Assembly (NCBI GenBank): GCA_963729625.1 | Contig: CAVSOU010000010.1 | Coordinates: forward strand, 736,001-800,000 | Length of the DNA: 64,000 nucleotides | Direction: 5' to 3' | Source of the DNA: an uncultured bacterium | GTDB taxonomy: Bacteria; Chloroflexota; UBA5177; JANWHV01 | Shown: piece after piece, positions 10,270 through 19,694 of the stretch | How positions within the stretch are numbered: the stretch's first letter is position 1 | Layout: the number at the start of each line of letters is the position of its first letter | Translations under genes and position numbers: made by a program | The notes under the pieces: model-generated | Databases searched by the model: none | What the model saw: the letters and a program-made list of their open reading frames with translations, nothing else | Told to the model about the DNA's origin: nothing

Positions 10270-12553
10270 ATGGCCTGGGTCGGTCGGTTCGTCGTTCGCT
10301 TCCGCTATCCGGTGATCGCCGTCTGGATACTGGCAACCGTGTTCTGCATTCGTGCTTTTCCCTCACTCGGCAGCGTTGTCAACAGCGACAACAGCTCGTT
10401 CCTGCAGAGCAGTGCTCCCAGCAAACAGGCTGCACAGTTGACCACCGCGTTCCAGCCCGGCAACACCTACACGTCCGTTATCGTGGCCGCGCGGGATGGC
10501 GGGCCCCTGACGCCGGCAGACCAGGCGGCGATCACGCGAGCCGAAACCGCCGCCGGTGCCGTAAAGCACGTGCGCTTCGTCCACGATCAGGGGGTCTCCG
10601 CCGACGGTCATGCGCGCAAGGCCCTGGTCGGCATCGACGTCTCTCCCTCCGACAGCCGAGCAGGCGGCGTGGTCGATCGGTTGCGTTCCGAACTCAGCAC
10701 TTCTGGCGCGCCTGCCGGCTTGCAGCTGCACCTCACCGGCGCCGTCGCATCGAACGTGGACAACAGCCGCGCCGCAGCCGACGCGAACAAGCTGACGTCG
10801 ATACTCACCAACGTCGTCATTCTGATCATGCTGGTGGTCGTCTTCCGAGCGGTGCTGGCACCTCTCGTCACGCTGTTCCCCGCGGTGCTCGTATTGTTGC
10901 TTGCGGGTCCCGTGATCGCCCAGGCCTCGTCGCTAGGCTTCCAGGTATCGAGCTTCACGCAGGTCATCTTGACGGTGCTGGTCTTGGGAGCGGGCACCGA
11001 CTACGGCCTCTTCCTGATCCTGCGAGTGCGCGAAGAGCTGGGACGCGGGCACTCTCCAAGGGATGCAGTGATCGAGGCTGTGGACAAAGTGGGCGAGTCA
11101 ATCTCCTTTTCAGGCGGGACGGTGATAGGCGCCCTCTTGTGCCTGCTGCTGGCCAGCTTTGGGGTCTACCGTGGTCTCGGCCCGGGCCTGGCGATCGGCA
11201 TCGCCTTGATGCTGCTGGCCGCGTTGACCCTGCTGCCCGCCATGCTCAGTGTCCTTGGCCATGCTATCTTCTGGCCGCTCCGCGTCGAGCCGGGAGAGGC
11301 GAAAGTCGGCGCCTGGGGGCGGATCGCGGTTGCCATCGTGCAGCGCCCCATCACCACGCTCGTCGCAGGAGTGGTGTTCTTTGGCCTGCTCGCAGCCCTG
11401 GCGACCGGCTACGTGGCCGGTGGCTTCGCCAGCAGCTCGAGCGGCCCGAGCGGCAGCGACTCCTTGCAGGGTTCAACCGCAATCGCCGCGCATTATCCGC
11501 CTGCGGTGGTCAATCCCACCACGGTGATACTGGTGTTTCCCGCCTCGGTTTGGAACGATCTCGACCTGGTGCAGAGCGCTGAGCGCGCGCTGAGCCAACA
11601 ACCCGTCTTTCGGTCCGTCAGCGGCCTGCTGGACCCCAACGGCACGTCGATCCAGTCCACGCAGCTATCTGAGCTACACGCGCAGCTTGGCGACCCGTCG
11701 AAGCTGCCGCCGTCGGAACCGGCAGCCGTTGCCGCCCAGGTGCCGCTCGCAGACTACAACGCCTACAGGTCGACGGCACAGTTTGTCAGCTCCGACGGTC
11801 GCACCGTGCAGTTCTACACCACCCTCACTGCCGGCGACCCCGCCAGCTACAACGGCGCTGCAGGCGATCCCCTCCATTCGCCGGTCAGCCTCCTCAGTCG
11901 CCCGCGCCTCGGGAGCGAGTGCCAGCGGTGTGGTAGGGCAAGCCGCTTCAGGCTACGACGTCAGCAGTGCATCCAACTCGGACCTGCTGCACATCGTGCC
12001 GGTCGTGCTCCTGCTGATAGCCGTGTTGCTCGGCCTTGTCCTGCGCAGCCTTGTGGCGCCCCTCTACCTGGTGCTGAGCGTCGTCTTCTCCTATTTCGCT
12101 GCGTTGGGCGTGGCGGTGCTGGTGTTTATGCACGGCAAGGGCGACGCTGGGTTGAACTTTGTCCTGCCGTTTCTGATGTTCGTGTTCCTGATGGCGCTCG
12201 GCTCCGACTACAACATTCTGGTGATGAGCCGCATCCGGGAAGAGTCGTTCAAACGATTGCTGCACGACGCGATTGCCCAGGCATTGAATGCAACTGGAAG
12301 CACAGTGACCTCAGCGGGCATGATTCTGGCCGCCACATTCGCGGTCGTGGCGGTGACCGGATCAACAGATCAGGTTCGCCAGCTGGGAGTCGGTATCTCC
12401 ACGGGCGTCTTGCTGGATACCTTCCTGGTACGCACACTGCTCGTGCCGTCGATCGTCGTGCTGCTCGGGCGCTGGAACTGGTGGCCGTCATCCCTGGCGC
12501 ACGGCACATCGCCGGCAGCAGAGCCCGGGCGCCTGAACGCGGCAACAGCGTGA
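10270..12553 (+). pseudogene. MMPL/RND family transporter with +1 frameshift near 11848
   Basis: GAGTDYGLFL in ORF 10270; ALGSDYNILVMSRIREE and DTFLVRTLLVP in ORF 11687..12553. Confidence 0.85.
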
Positions 12554-12806
12554 CGAGACGGTCGGCATCGCATCGGGGCGTGCGACTACCGTGCAGGATG
12601 ACCGGGAGCAGACGGCTGACGGGAGCGCAGGTGCACCGTGCCGATCAGGTGTGCCTGTGCAGATACTCGTCGGGCGACTCCAGGTGCTGGGCTCGGGGTC
12701 CGGGTAACCGCACGATACACAGGTGATCAATTTGGGAAGACACGACAGCGCGCCGAAGCGCGAAACTGTGCTTCGGCGCGCCGGATGGCCAGTGGCTGGT
12801 TGGGCG

Positions 12807-13151
12807 TCAGTGGGCTGAGACGGCTCCCAGGACCTTGTCCAGCGCTCCCGCCAGCTCGGCCTTTGGGCGAACCCCGACGAACCGCTTCACCTCACGCCCC
12901 TGCTGGAACAACGCCAACGTGGGGATGCCCTGGATGCCGTAGCGCTGCGCCACAGCCGGGCTCTCGTCGACGTTGACCTTCACCGTCCGCACGCGGCCGT
13001 CGTAGGCTTGGGCCAGCTGCTCCACGATGGGGGCCACCATGTGGCAGGGGCCGCACCAGGGCGCCCAGAAGTCGACCAGCACCGGGACCGCGGCCTGCAG
13101 CACCGCGCGATCGAAGCCGCGCTCGTCGGTTGAGATAATGTTTGCGTTCAT
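12807..13151 (-). CDS. trxA: Thioredoxin
   Basis: VDFWAPWCGPC, GIPTL; AAGGAG RBS. Confidence 0.95.
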   Translation of the reverse strand: MNANIISTDERGFDRAVLQAAVPVLVDFWAPWCGPCHMVAPIVEQLAQAYDGRVRTVKVNVDESPAVAQRYGIQGIPTLALFQQGREVKRFVGVRPKAELAGALDKVLGAVSAH

Positions 13152-13192
13152 GCTCTTCTCCTTGCTGATAGCTTCTTGCATCTGATACCAGG

Positions 13193-13222
13193 ATTATACC
13201 ATACCCCCCTATGGTATATAAA
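13193..13222 (-). promoter_or_regulatory. CsoR/CstR-type operator and promoter of trxA
   Basis: ATACCATAGGGGGGTATGGTATAAT on minus strand; identical over 25 nt to the site at 26151-26175. Confidence 0.85.
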
Positions 13223-13286
13223 GGCATGACCCAGGACTCGCCCATGTCACGTACAGCAGTGCCATACAGCGTGCAAGACGTCAGGT

Positions 13287-13883
13287 TTGGCGAACCGCCT
13301 GCCGCGTCAGCCAACCATCAGCAACATCGCCCAAGATGCCGACGACGCGCCGCTGGTCACCCCGCTGACGCCGCCGGGTCCGGCCGACGTCGTGGTGGTG
13401 ACGGCGAAGGCACCTACTGCCCCATCAGGCGACCATCCCGTGCTCTGGCCGGCGCCGGCCGAGGACCTGCGCTACTGGTCCCTGTGCACCCTTGTGGGCA
13501 CGGTGGAGCTGCCTACGGTGGTGAACCGCTTGCCGAACGGCACCACTGACTACGGGTGCCGCGACAACGACGCGACCGCGGTCGATGCCGCCGGCTACTA
13601 CTTCTACGTCGTCGGTCGCGAGTCGCAACGCGCCGCCATTGCGCAGCTGCCCCACGTCACGTTTCTGCCGTTCTCGGCTATCGCGCCGACGGCAATCCAT
13701 TTCCTGTATCTGCGTAACAAACTGGCCAATCCCGACTTCGCCAATGCGGCACAGCGGGTGACGCAGTACAGCAATCCCGCCGCGGCGGCAGCGGCGATGG
13801 GTCCCTACTACCCGCGCGCCGCGGTGTGCGCGCTGAGCACACTCACGAGCAAAGGCGTGCAGGCCTGCCTTGCCCATCCCTGA
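13287..13883 (+). pseudogene. C-terminal fragment of a conserved hypothetical protein
   Basis: LRYWSLC...GC-x-D...GYYFYVVG...MGPYYP is protein-like; no RBS or clear start. Confidence 0.5.
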
Positions 13884-14040
13884 GCAGGTCGGGACAGGTG
13901 GTGCTGTCGGCCGGCTGCTTACAGGTGAAGGGGGGGTAGAGACACCACGAAGGACAAGGGGAGTCAGACGAAGCTTTCTGCGACCTTCACAGACTCTTCG
14001 ATCCGGTTCGTGTGTTGCTCGCTCTCCACCCTACTGGTCC

Positions 14041-14853
14041 TCAGGCGCTCCCGAGCAGCAAGCGGAGCCCGACCAGCCCGAGGGCCAGGGCCAGGAGCCT
14101 GATAATACGCGGCCCCTTGAGGCGGTTGGACAGGGCAGCACCGGCCTGGGCACCCGGAATCACGCCGATGGCCAGGGCGACCGTCTGGCCCACCACCCCG
14201 TGGAAGTCACCTCGCGCGGCGTGCACGAGGGAACCGGCGCCCGAGGTCATGGCCAGGATGAAGTGCGAGGTCGCGGTCGCCACGTGCGGGGGAATGCCGA
14301 GCAGCTGCACCATCGCCGGCACATGGATAATGCCGCCGCCGATACCTAGCAGGCTGGAGAGGAAGCCGACCGCGCCGCTCAGGCCCAGACCGAGCCATCG
14401 GTTGTAGGTATAGGTGTAGGTCGTGCCCGTCGCGTCGACCAGCGTGCGCTGGGTCAGCCCACTTGTACTCCCTGCCGGCCTGGCCTCAGTTTGGGGACGG
14501 AGCACGAGCCAGAGCGCGATCAGGATCAACAGCGCGCCGAGCAGCTTGTCGAATGGCCCGCGACTGAAGAGTCCGGTGGCAAACACGCCGATCACGGCGC
14601 CGGGAATGGTCGCCAGGGCGAAAAGGCGGCCAGTCTGGTAGTCGATGCGCCGCATGCGCGCGTAAGCCAGGCTGCCTGAGACGGCGTTGGCACAGACCAC
14701 GGCCAGCGAGATGGTGGTGATGGTCAGCGGTGACTCGTGCGGGTAGAGCAAGAGCAACGCGGGAACCAGCACAAACCCGCCGCCCGCCCCGATCAAGGTG
14801 CCGTAGGCGCCCACGCCGATGCCTAGCAGGATCAGCAGCAGCACCTGCATCAT
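14041..14853 (-). CDS. Sulfite exporter TauE/SafE family protein
   Basis: GTLIGAGGGFVLVP and duplicated LLGIGGGIIHVP; ATATSHF. Confidence 0.9.
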   Translation of the reverse strand: MMQVLLLILLGIGVGAYGTLIGAGGGFVLVPALLLLYPHESPLTITTISLAVVCANAVSGSLAYARMRRIDYQTGRLFALATIPGAVIGVFATGLFSRGPFDKLLGALLILIALWLVLRPQTEARPAGSTSGLTQRTLVDATGTTYTYTYNRWLGLGLSGAVGFLSSLLGIGGGIIHVPAMVQLLGIPPHVATATSHFILAMTSGAGSLVHAARGDFHGVVGQTVALAIGVIPGAQAGAALSNRLKGPRIIRLLALALGLVGLRLLLGSA

Positions 14854-14879
14854 GTACGATGCCAGTCGAGCATCACACG

Positions 14880-15341
14880 ACGCCGGCCAGGTGCTGCAAG
14901 AGAAGGCTCTGCGTGGCCGGCGCTGGCGCCGAAGCTGTAGCCTGCGGCCACCACCGACGGCGTATCGTTGATGGCCGTGCCCGCCCACGGCCCAAAGCCG
15001 TGCGCCGAGAAGCCGGACAGCCGGCCGATGGGCGGGAAGATCAGCACGCCCGCCACGTTGAGCAGGAAGATGGTGTTACGGAGCACGATGCCGAGCAGAA
15101 TGGCGATCGCCGCTGCGCCGACGACTGGCGCCAGGTAGCCGAGCGCGGTCGCGGCACCGGCAAGGCCGGCGCACAGCGCTACCCTAGGCAGAGAACGGGC
15201 GAGCAGTGCACGGGTCTTTCGCGCTGGGCGTTGGTCTCGGCCAGCAGGCGGGGTGGTCTTCGCCGACACGCTAGTGCTGGGCGAGCTGAAGCTGGCCGAA
15301 GAGTGGGAGGGGGAAGACCTCGCCGGGCGGTGTTTCAACAT
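14880..15341 (-). pseudogene. YeiH/UPF0324 putative sulfate exporter remnant, internally deleted and truncated
   Basis: AILLGIVLRN joined directly to TIFLLN...FG-x-WAGTAINDT-x-SVVAAGY; only about 160 aa. Confidence 0.75.
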
Positions 15342-15414
15342 ACCCTGACAATACAGCCTGCGCTAAGCTTCGTCCAAGTATATTTCGTTCTCATGTTAGT
15401 AAGTCAGAGTTCTG

Positions 15415-15870
15415 ATGAGCGTTACGCTGGTGCGGCTGGAAACGTTCTCACGGGTGGCACGGCTGCAGAACTACACGAGGGTGGCAGAGGAGCTGCATCT
15501 TACACAGCCGGGCGTGGGCCAGCAGGTGCGCGCGCTGGAGAAGCACTTCGGTGTGCGCCTTGTGGGCATCGTCCGGCGCCGTCCGGTGCTCACAGATGCC
15601 GGCTGGTTCCTGGCCGCGTGCGCAGGGGACCTGCTGGGAACAATGGCGCGCACCTTGCGACTCGTGACCGTGCGCGGTCGAACCCTGTCACCGGCCGCGC
15701 GGGCCTTCCGCGCCCTGTTGCTTGACGCCGCCGGCAACTTACGACTCGCGTCAGCAGCCACCACCCAATCGGTTCGCTGGCTGGTGCGCGATGGTCAGAC
15801 GCTGACCACGCTACCACTGCCGTACGATATACAGCGACAGGCACTCTTCCCGCTGGGTCTGGGGCAGTAG
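15415..15870 (+). pseudogene. LysR-family regulator (YeiE/CysL-like) lacking most of its effector domain
   Basis: HTH AEELHLTQPGVGQQVRALE then straight to C-terminal LSPAARAF; divergent from the yeiH remnant. Confidence 0.75.
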
Positions 15871-15982
15871 ACCGCCGGCAGTTGCTCATACCGCGGAGCG
15901 TATCGCGAGCGAGTCAGGTTCCGGCGTAGGCCCGCGCTGTCATGTAGGCACCTGACGTAGCAGCCGCCCGCCGCGATACGGG

Positions 15983-16219
15983 TTATCCACAGGTGTTGCA
16001 GGAACAGGAGCCACCGCTGCATGCACTGTAGTCACTGGCGGAATCGCCGGCTGCGTAGCTGTCCCCAGCTGAGCCAACGCTCGCGAACGAGGAGACAAGC
16101 TTGCGCACCTTTGGACTGCGACAGTGCCGGCACACAACAGCATCAGACAACTTGCGCTGCTGAACGAACAGTTCGAACCGCTGCGAACAATCGCTGCAAG
16201 TATACTCGTAGACTGGCAT
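15983..16219 (-). CDS. FmdB-family zinc-ribbon protein with Cys-rich tail
   Basis: MPVYEYTCSDC...CRHC...KLVSSF...CSGGSCSCNTCG; AGGAGG RBS. Confidence 0.9.
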   Translation of the reverse strand: MPVYEYTCSDCSQRFELFVQQRKLSDAVVCRHCRSPKVRKLVSSFASVGSAGDSYAAGDSASDYSACSGGSCSCNTCG

Positions 16220-16427
16220 GTTGACCTCCTGGCGCCGGCTCTACTTGGTCAGCGCTGCGAACTCCACCGCCATATCAGGGTTCCCAGTGGGCGGATAGCA
16301 CTGGGTCTCGCACATTCAGGACGTCCGGCGCCCGTGATACAGGCAAGGTGGGCCAGTCGTCGATCGTTCAGCCGATTCCTCGCAGTTCCATGGCGCGAAC
16401 CGCTCCGTCAGTTGTGTCGCTGCATTC

Positions 16428-16456
16428 AGCATACCATACCTACCTACGGTATACAA
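16428..16456 (-). promoter_or_regulatory. CsoR/CstR-type operator in promoter
   Basis: TTGTAT-17-TATGCT containing ATACCGTAGGTAGGTAT. Confidence 0.75.
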
Positions 16457-16577
16457 ATCCCCCGTGCGCTTCGGCCAGCGAACAGCTCGGCTGCTCAAGA
16501 AGCATCAGGCTGCCGGAAGGGCGCGTCTCGCGCGCCGGCCGATGTCCAGCCGTTGAGGCACGCCACCTTTGCCGAAT

Positions 16578-16599
16578 ATACCATACCATGGTATGGTAT
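16578..16599. promoter_or_regulatory. Perfect 22-bp palindrome ATACCATACCATGGTATGGTAT (two overlapping ATACC-N7-GGTAT boxes)
   Basis: Read directly; lies between the divergent zinc-ribbon and PIG-L genes. Confidence 0.8.
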
Positions 16600-16719
16600 T
16601 AGGTAGTGCGGTGCGGGTTGGGCACGACGTCGCTGATCGCTTCGGTCGGTGCCCCTGCGAAAGTAGGCGAGCAGGTGGGTTCCCTGTCGCGCAAACAGCA
16701 CCGCCGGGGGAGAGCGACC

Positions 16720-17439
16720 GTGAAGACGCTGTTACCGCCGGCACGAAGTGTGCTCGCCGTGTGTGCTCATCCTGACGATGAGTCCTTTGGTCTGGGCGCG
16801 ATCCTGGCCCGTTTTCAACAGGACGGCACGCGGACGGCCGTGCTGTGCTTCACCCAGGGCGAAGCGTCGACCCTGGGTGCCGGCGATAGCGATCTGGCGG
16901 TCGTCCGCAAGGGAGAGCTAGAGGCCGCCGCCCAGTTGCTGGGCATCGAGCGCACGCAGCTCCTTGCCTACCCGGACGGCGCCCTGGCTGACTCGCCCCT
17001 CGACGAGCTGTCCGCGCACGTCGCGCACATGGCGACGACCGTCGCGGCGGACCTGCTGCTGGTGTTCGACGAGGGAGGGATCACCGGGCACCCCGACCAC
17101 AGGCGCGCCACCGAGGCCGCTCTGGTCATCGGCCTGTCTGCCGAGCTGCCGGTGCTTGCCTGGGCTCTGCCTCGTGCCGCGTCCACTGCACTCAACACGG
17201 AATTCGGCACCACGTTTTTCGGCCGTGCTCCGCGCGACCTGGACATCGCCCTCACGGTCGATCGATCGGTGCAGCTGCAGGCCATCGCCCGACACGTCAG
17301 CCAGACAGGGGACAATCCTGTACTGTGGCGGCGGCTCGAATTGCTGGGCTCGGCCGAATATCTGCGGTATCTGCACCGTGCCGCCGACGGGGGAGGCGCG
17401 CCGGCGGAACGCAGAAGAGATAGTGCCCCGGGAGGATGA
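16720..17439 (+). CDS. PIG-L family deacetylase (MshB/BshB/Mca/Bca superfamily)
   Basis: AHPDDESFG, T-x-GE, GITGHPDH motifs. Confidence 0.9.
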   Translation: MKTLLPPARSVLAVCAHPDDESFGLGAILARFQQDGTRTAVLCFTQGEASTLGAGDSDLAVVRKGELEAAAQLLGIERTQLLAYPDGALADSPLDELSAHVAHMATTVAADLLLVFDEGGITGHPDHRRATEAALVIGLSAELPVLAWALPRAASTALNTEFGTTFFGRAPRDLDIALTVDRSVQLQAIARHVSQTGDNPVLWRRLELLGSAEYLRYLHRAADGGGAPAERRRDSAPGG

Positions 17440-17499
17440 AACCTCCTGATACGCGGTCGTTGGAAGCCTCAGTTCGTGGCAGGATTCTCTTGCGCCGAG

Positions 17500-17742
17500 G
17501 TGCCATCAACACCGACAACGCTCGTGAGAACTGCCTGCGGCCGTTGCACGCCGGTCCTGCTGCCCGCGCGGCTCTCGCTCGTCGGCTTCTCGGGCACTCG
17601 CATCCTCTCGGTCAATTTGACCGTCCATCGCTACTTCGTCCCGTTGGCATTGCTGGGAACGATGCTCCTGGCCTTCTCCATCGCTTCCTCAGCCGCCGCG
17701 CTGTCCGCCACCTGCGCTGTGCCGCGGCATGCACAAAACTGA
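17500..17742 (+). pseudogene. Degenerate membrane protein fragment
   Basis: CTPVLLP-x2-LSLVGFSG...hydrophobic helix...TCAV; no RBS or start. Confidence 0.3.
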
Positions 17743-17820
17743 ACCGTCGCGCAGTCTGCCGATACCAGGTCACGCCTCCAGCGGCCTCAACTCCCCTGTA
17801 GGTGACATTACATCCAGTAC

Positions 17821-17850
17821 TTGCTACCATACGGGGGTATGGTATATACT
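17821..17850 (+). promoter_or_regulatory. CsoR/CstR-type operator in promoter
   Basis: TTGCTA-18-TATACT with CTACCATACGGGGGTAT. Confidence 0.8.
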
Positions 17851-17931
17851 GTAAGCGGTGAAACAAAGGCACTCGAAATCCTCGCCGCGCTTGGCGGCGA
17901 CACTGGCCCGGTTTCACGCAAGGGAGATGGC

Positions 17932-18138
17932 ATGATGAATCAGTTGGTAGCGTTCATGAATGGTCAGGCCGGTCGAGGACTGCGCGGCGTGCTCGGCCTG
18001 GCGCTCATAGTGGTCGGGCTTGCGGGTGTGCACGGAACCGGCGGCGCCGTATTGGCCGTCATTGGCGTGGTACCGCTGGCCATGGGTGCCTGGGGACGCT
18101 GCTTGTTCGAGCCGTTCGCCGCGCATCGTCCCGCCTGA
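17932..18138 (+). CDS. DUF2892/YgaP-like membrane protein
   Basis: FMNGQAGRGLRGVLG...GVVPLAMGAWGRCLF. Confidence 0.85.
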   Translation: MMNQLVAFMNGQAGRGLRGVLGLALIVVGLAGVHGTGGAVLAVIGVVPLAMGAWGRCLFEPFAAHRPA

Positions 18139-18279
18139 TCGGTTGGCGATCGACTCCTCCGTGCAACCGGAGCCTGCGACACGCATCCCGTCCGAGAGAC
18201 CGAACCGCCCGAGTGCTTGCAGAGCCACTCGATCCACCAACAAGACGCACATCAGCAGACGGTGAGAAAGGAATCACAC

Positions 18280-18627
18280 ATGTTCAAGCAGCTTCTGTCA
18301 TCCCTGGTTGGTACCCAGGATTCCACCATGAATGTCGACGTCGCACAGGCTCATGCCCTGCAGCAGGAGGGCGCGCAGCTCATCGACGTGCGGGAAACGA
18401 GTGAATTCCGCTCCGGCCACGCCAAGGGTGCCCGCAGTATTCCGCTCAGCCAGCTGCAGCAGCGCTTCGGCGAGATCAAGTCCGACAGGCCGGCGCTCGT
18501 GATCTGCCAGAGCGGCAGTCGCAGCCGGTCCGCGCAATCGATTCTGTTGCAGAAGCAGCTCACGGACGTACGCAACGTGCTCGGCGGCACGAGCGCCTGG
18601 CGGCGCGCCGGGCTACCAATGCAGTAG
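18280..18627 (+). CDS. Rhodanese-like sulfurtransferase (paralog of 6849..7202)
   Basis: LIDVRETSEFRSGH, CQSGSRS, GGTSAW. Confidence 0.92.
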   Translation: MFKQLLSSLVGTQDSTMNVDVAQAHALQQEGAQLIDVRETSEFRSGHAKGARSIPLSQLQQRFGEIKSDRPALVICQSGSRSRSAQSILLQKQLTDVRNVLGGTSAWRRAGLPMQ

Positions 18628-18716
18628 AGCGCGACAACATGCGTTCACCACGTCGTGCTACGATGCAATCCGGTGAGGACCGCCATGACTCTGTTCTCGT
18701 GTGAGGGGCTGCCATC

Positions 18717-19694
18717 GTGACCGCGCAGGATGTGTGGGCTGGTGCCCTTGCCGAGTGGTCCATCCCTAAGGTCATTCTGGCCGCGGCGCCTGCATCTCCC
18801 TGGGATCTCTTGGTGGACCAGTTTGCCGAGAAGGCCGCGCGCGCCGTGCGCAATCCAACGCCATCCCACGATCGCGCGCGCGAAGCGCTGCCGGCCGGTG
18901 GCTCCGTCCTCGACGTGGGGTGCGGCGCCGGCGCCGCCTCCCTGCCCCTGCAGGATCGCGCGGGTCGGGTGATGGGGATCGATCCCTCGCCGGAGATGCT
19001 GTACGCTTTTCGCTCCTTGGCGGGTGCGCGGGGGGTGTCGGTGGCCACTGTCGCCGGCACCTGGCCGGAATCGTCCACGCACGTGGATCAGGCCGACGTC
19101 GTGGTCTGCCACCACGTCGCCTATAACGTGCCCGATCTCGGGTCGTTCGCTCTCGCACTGGGCGAGCATGCCCGGCATCGTGTGGTCCTGGAGCTGACGG
19201 TCGAGCATCCGCTGCACCATCTCAACGAACTCTGGCTGCGCTTCCACGACCTCAAACGACCCGACCGGCCCACAGTCGACGACGCGCTCGCCCTCCTGCG
19301 CGAAACCGGAATCAAGCCGCACTGGGAGTCCTGGCAGGGGCCGCCGGGCCCGTGGTTCTGGCGACGGCAGGACCTCGTCACCTGGGTCCGGACGCGCGTC
19401 TGCCTGAAAAAAGACCAGGACGCGGAGCTTGATGCCGCGCTGGACGCTGAAATCACACGCGACGACGATGGACGTTGGTGCCTGCCCGGCAGGGCAGTTG
19501 CGACCGTTTGGTGGGATCGCCCACATTGGTCCGCGCAGTTGAGCGGTCAATCTCTTCATGACGGTGTGCTCTTGGCGCTCGGCGGATATGCACCGATCAT
19601 GGCGGTCACACGATACCTTGCTGAGCTGCCTTATCCTGCCCGCACACTGTCGCATGTAAAGAAAGGTCCCCCATGTCTGATTCTCTTCGCCTAG
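18717..19694 (+). CDS. Class I SAM-dependent methyltransferase
   Basis: VLDVGCGAG, GIDPS-x2-ML, DVVVCHHV-x-YNV; the last ~55 aa are probably read-through. Confidence 0.85.
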   Translation: MTAQDVWAGALAEWSIPKVILAAAPASPWDLLVDQFAEKAARAVRNPTPSHDRAREALPAGGSVLDVGCGAGAASLPLQDRAGRVMGIDPSPEMLYAFRSLAGARGVSVATVAGTWPESSTHVDQADVVVCHHVAYNVPDLGSFALALGEHARHRVVLELTVEHPLHHLNELWLRFHDLKRPDRPTVDDALALLRETGIKPHWESWQGPPGPWFWRRQDLVTWVRTRVCLKKDQDAELDAALDAEITRDDDGRWCLPGRAVATVWWDRPHWSAQLSGQSLHDGVLLALGGYAPIMAVTRYLAELPYPARTLSHVKKGPPCLILFA

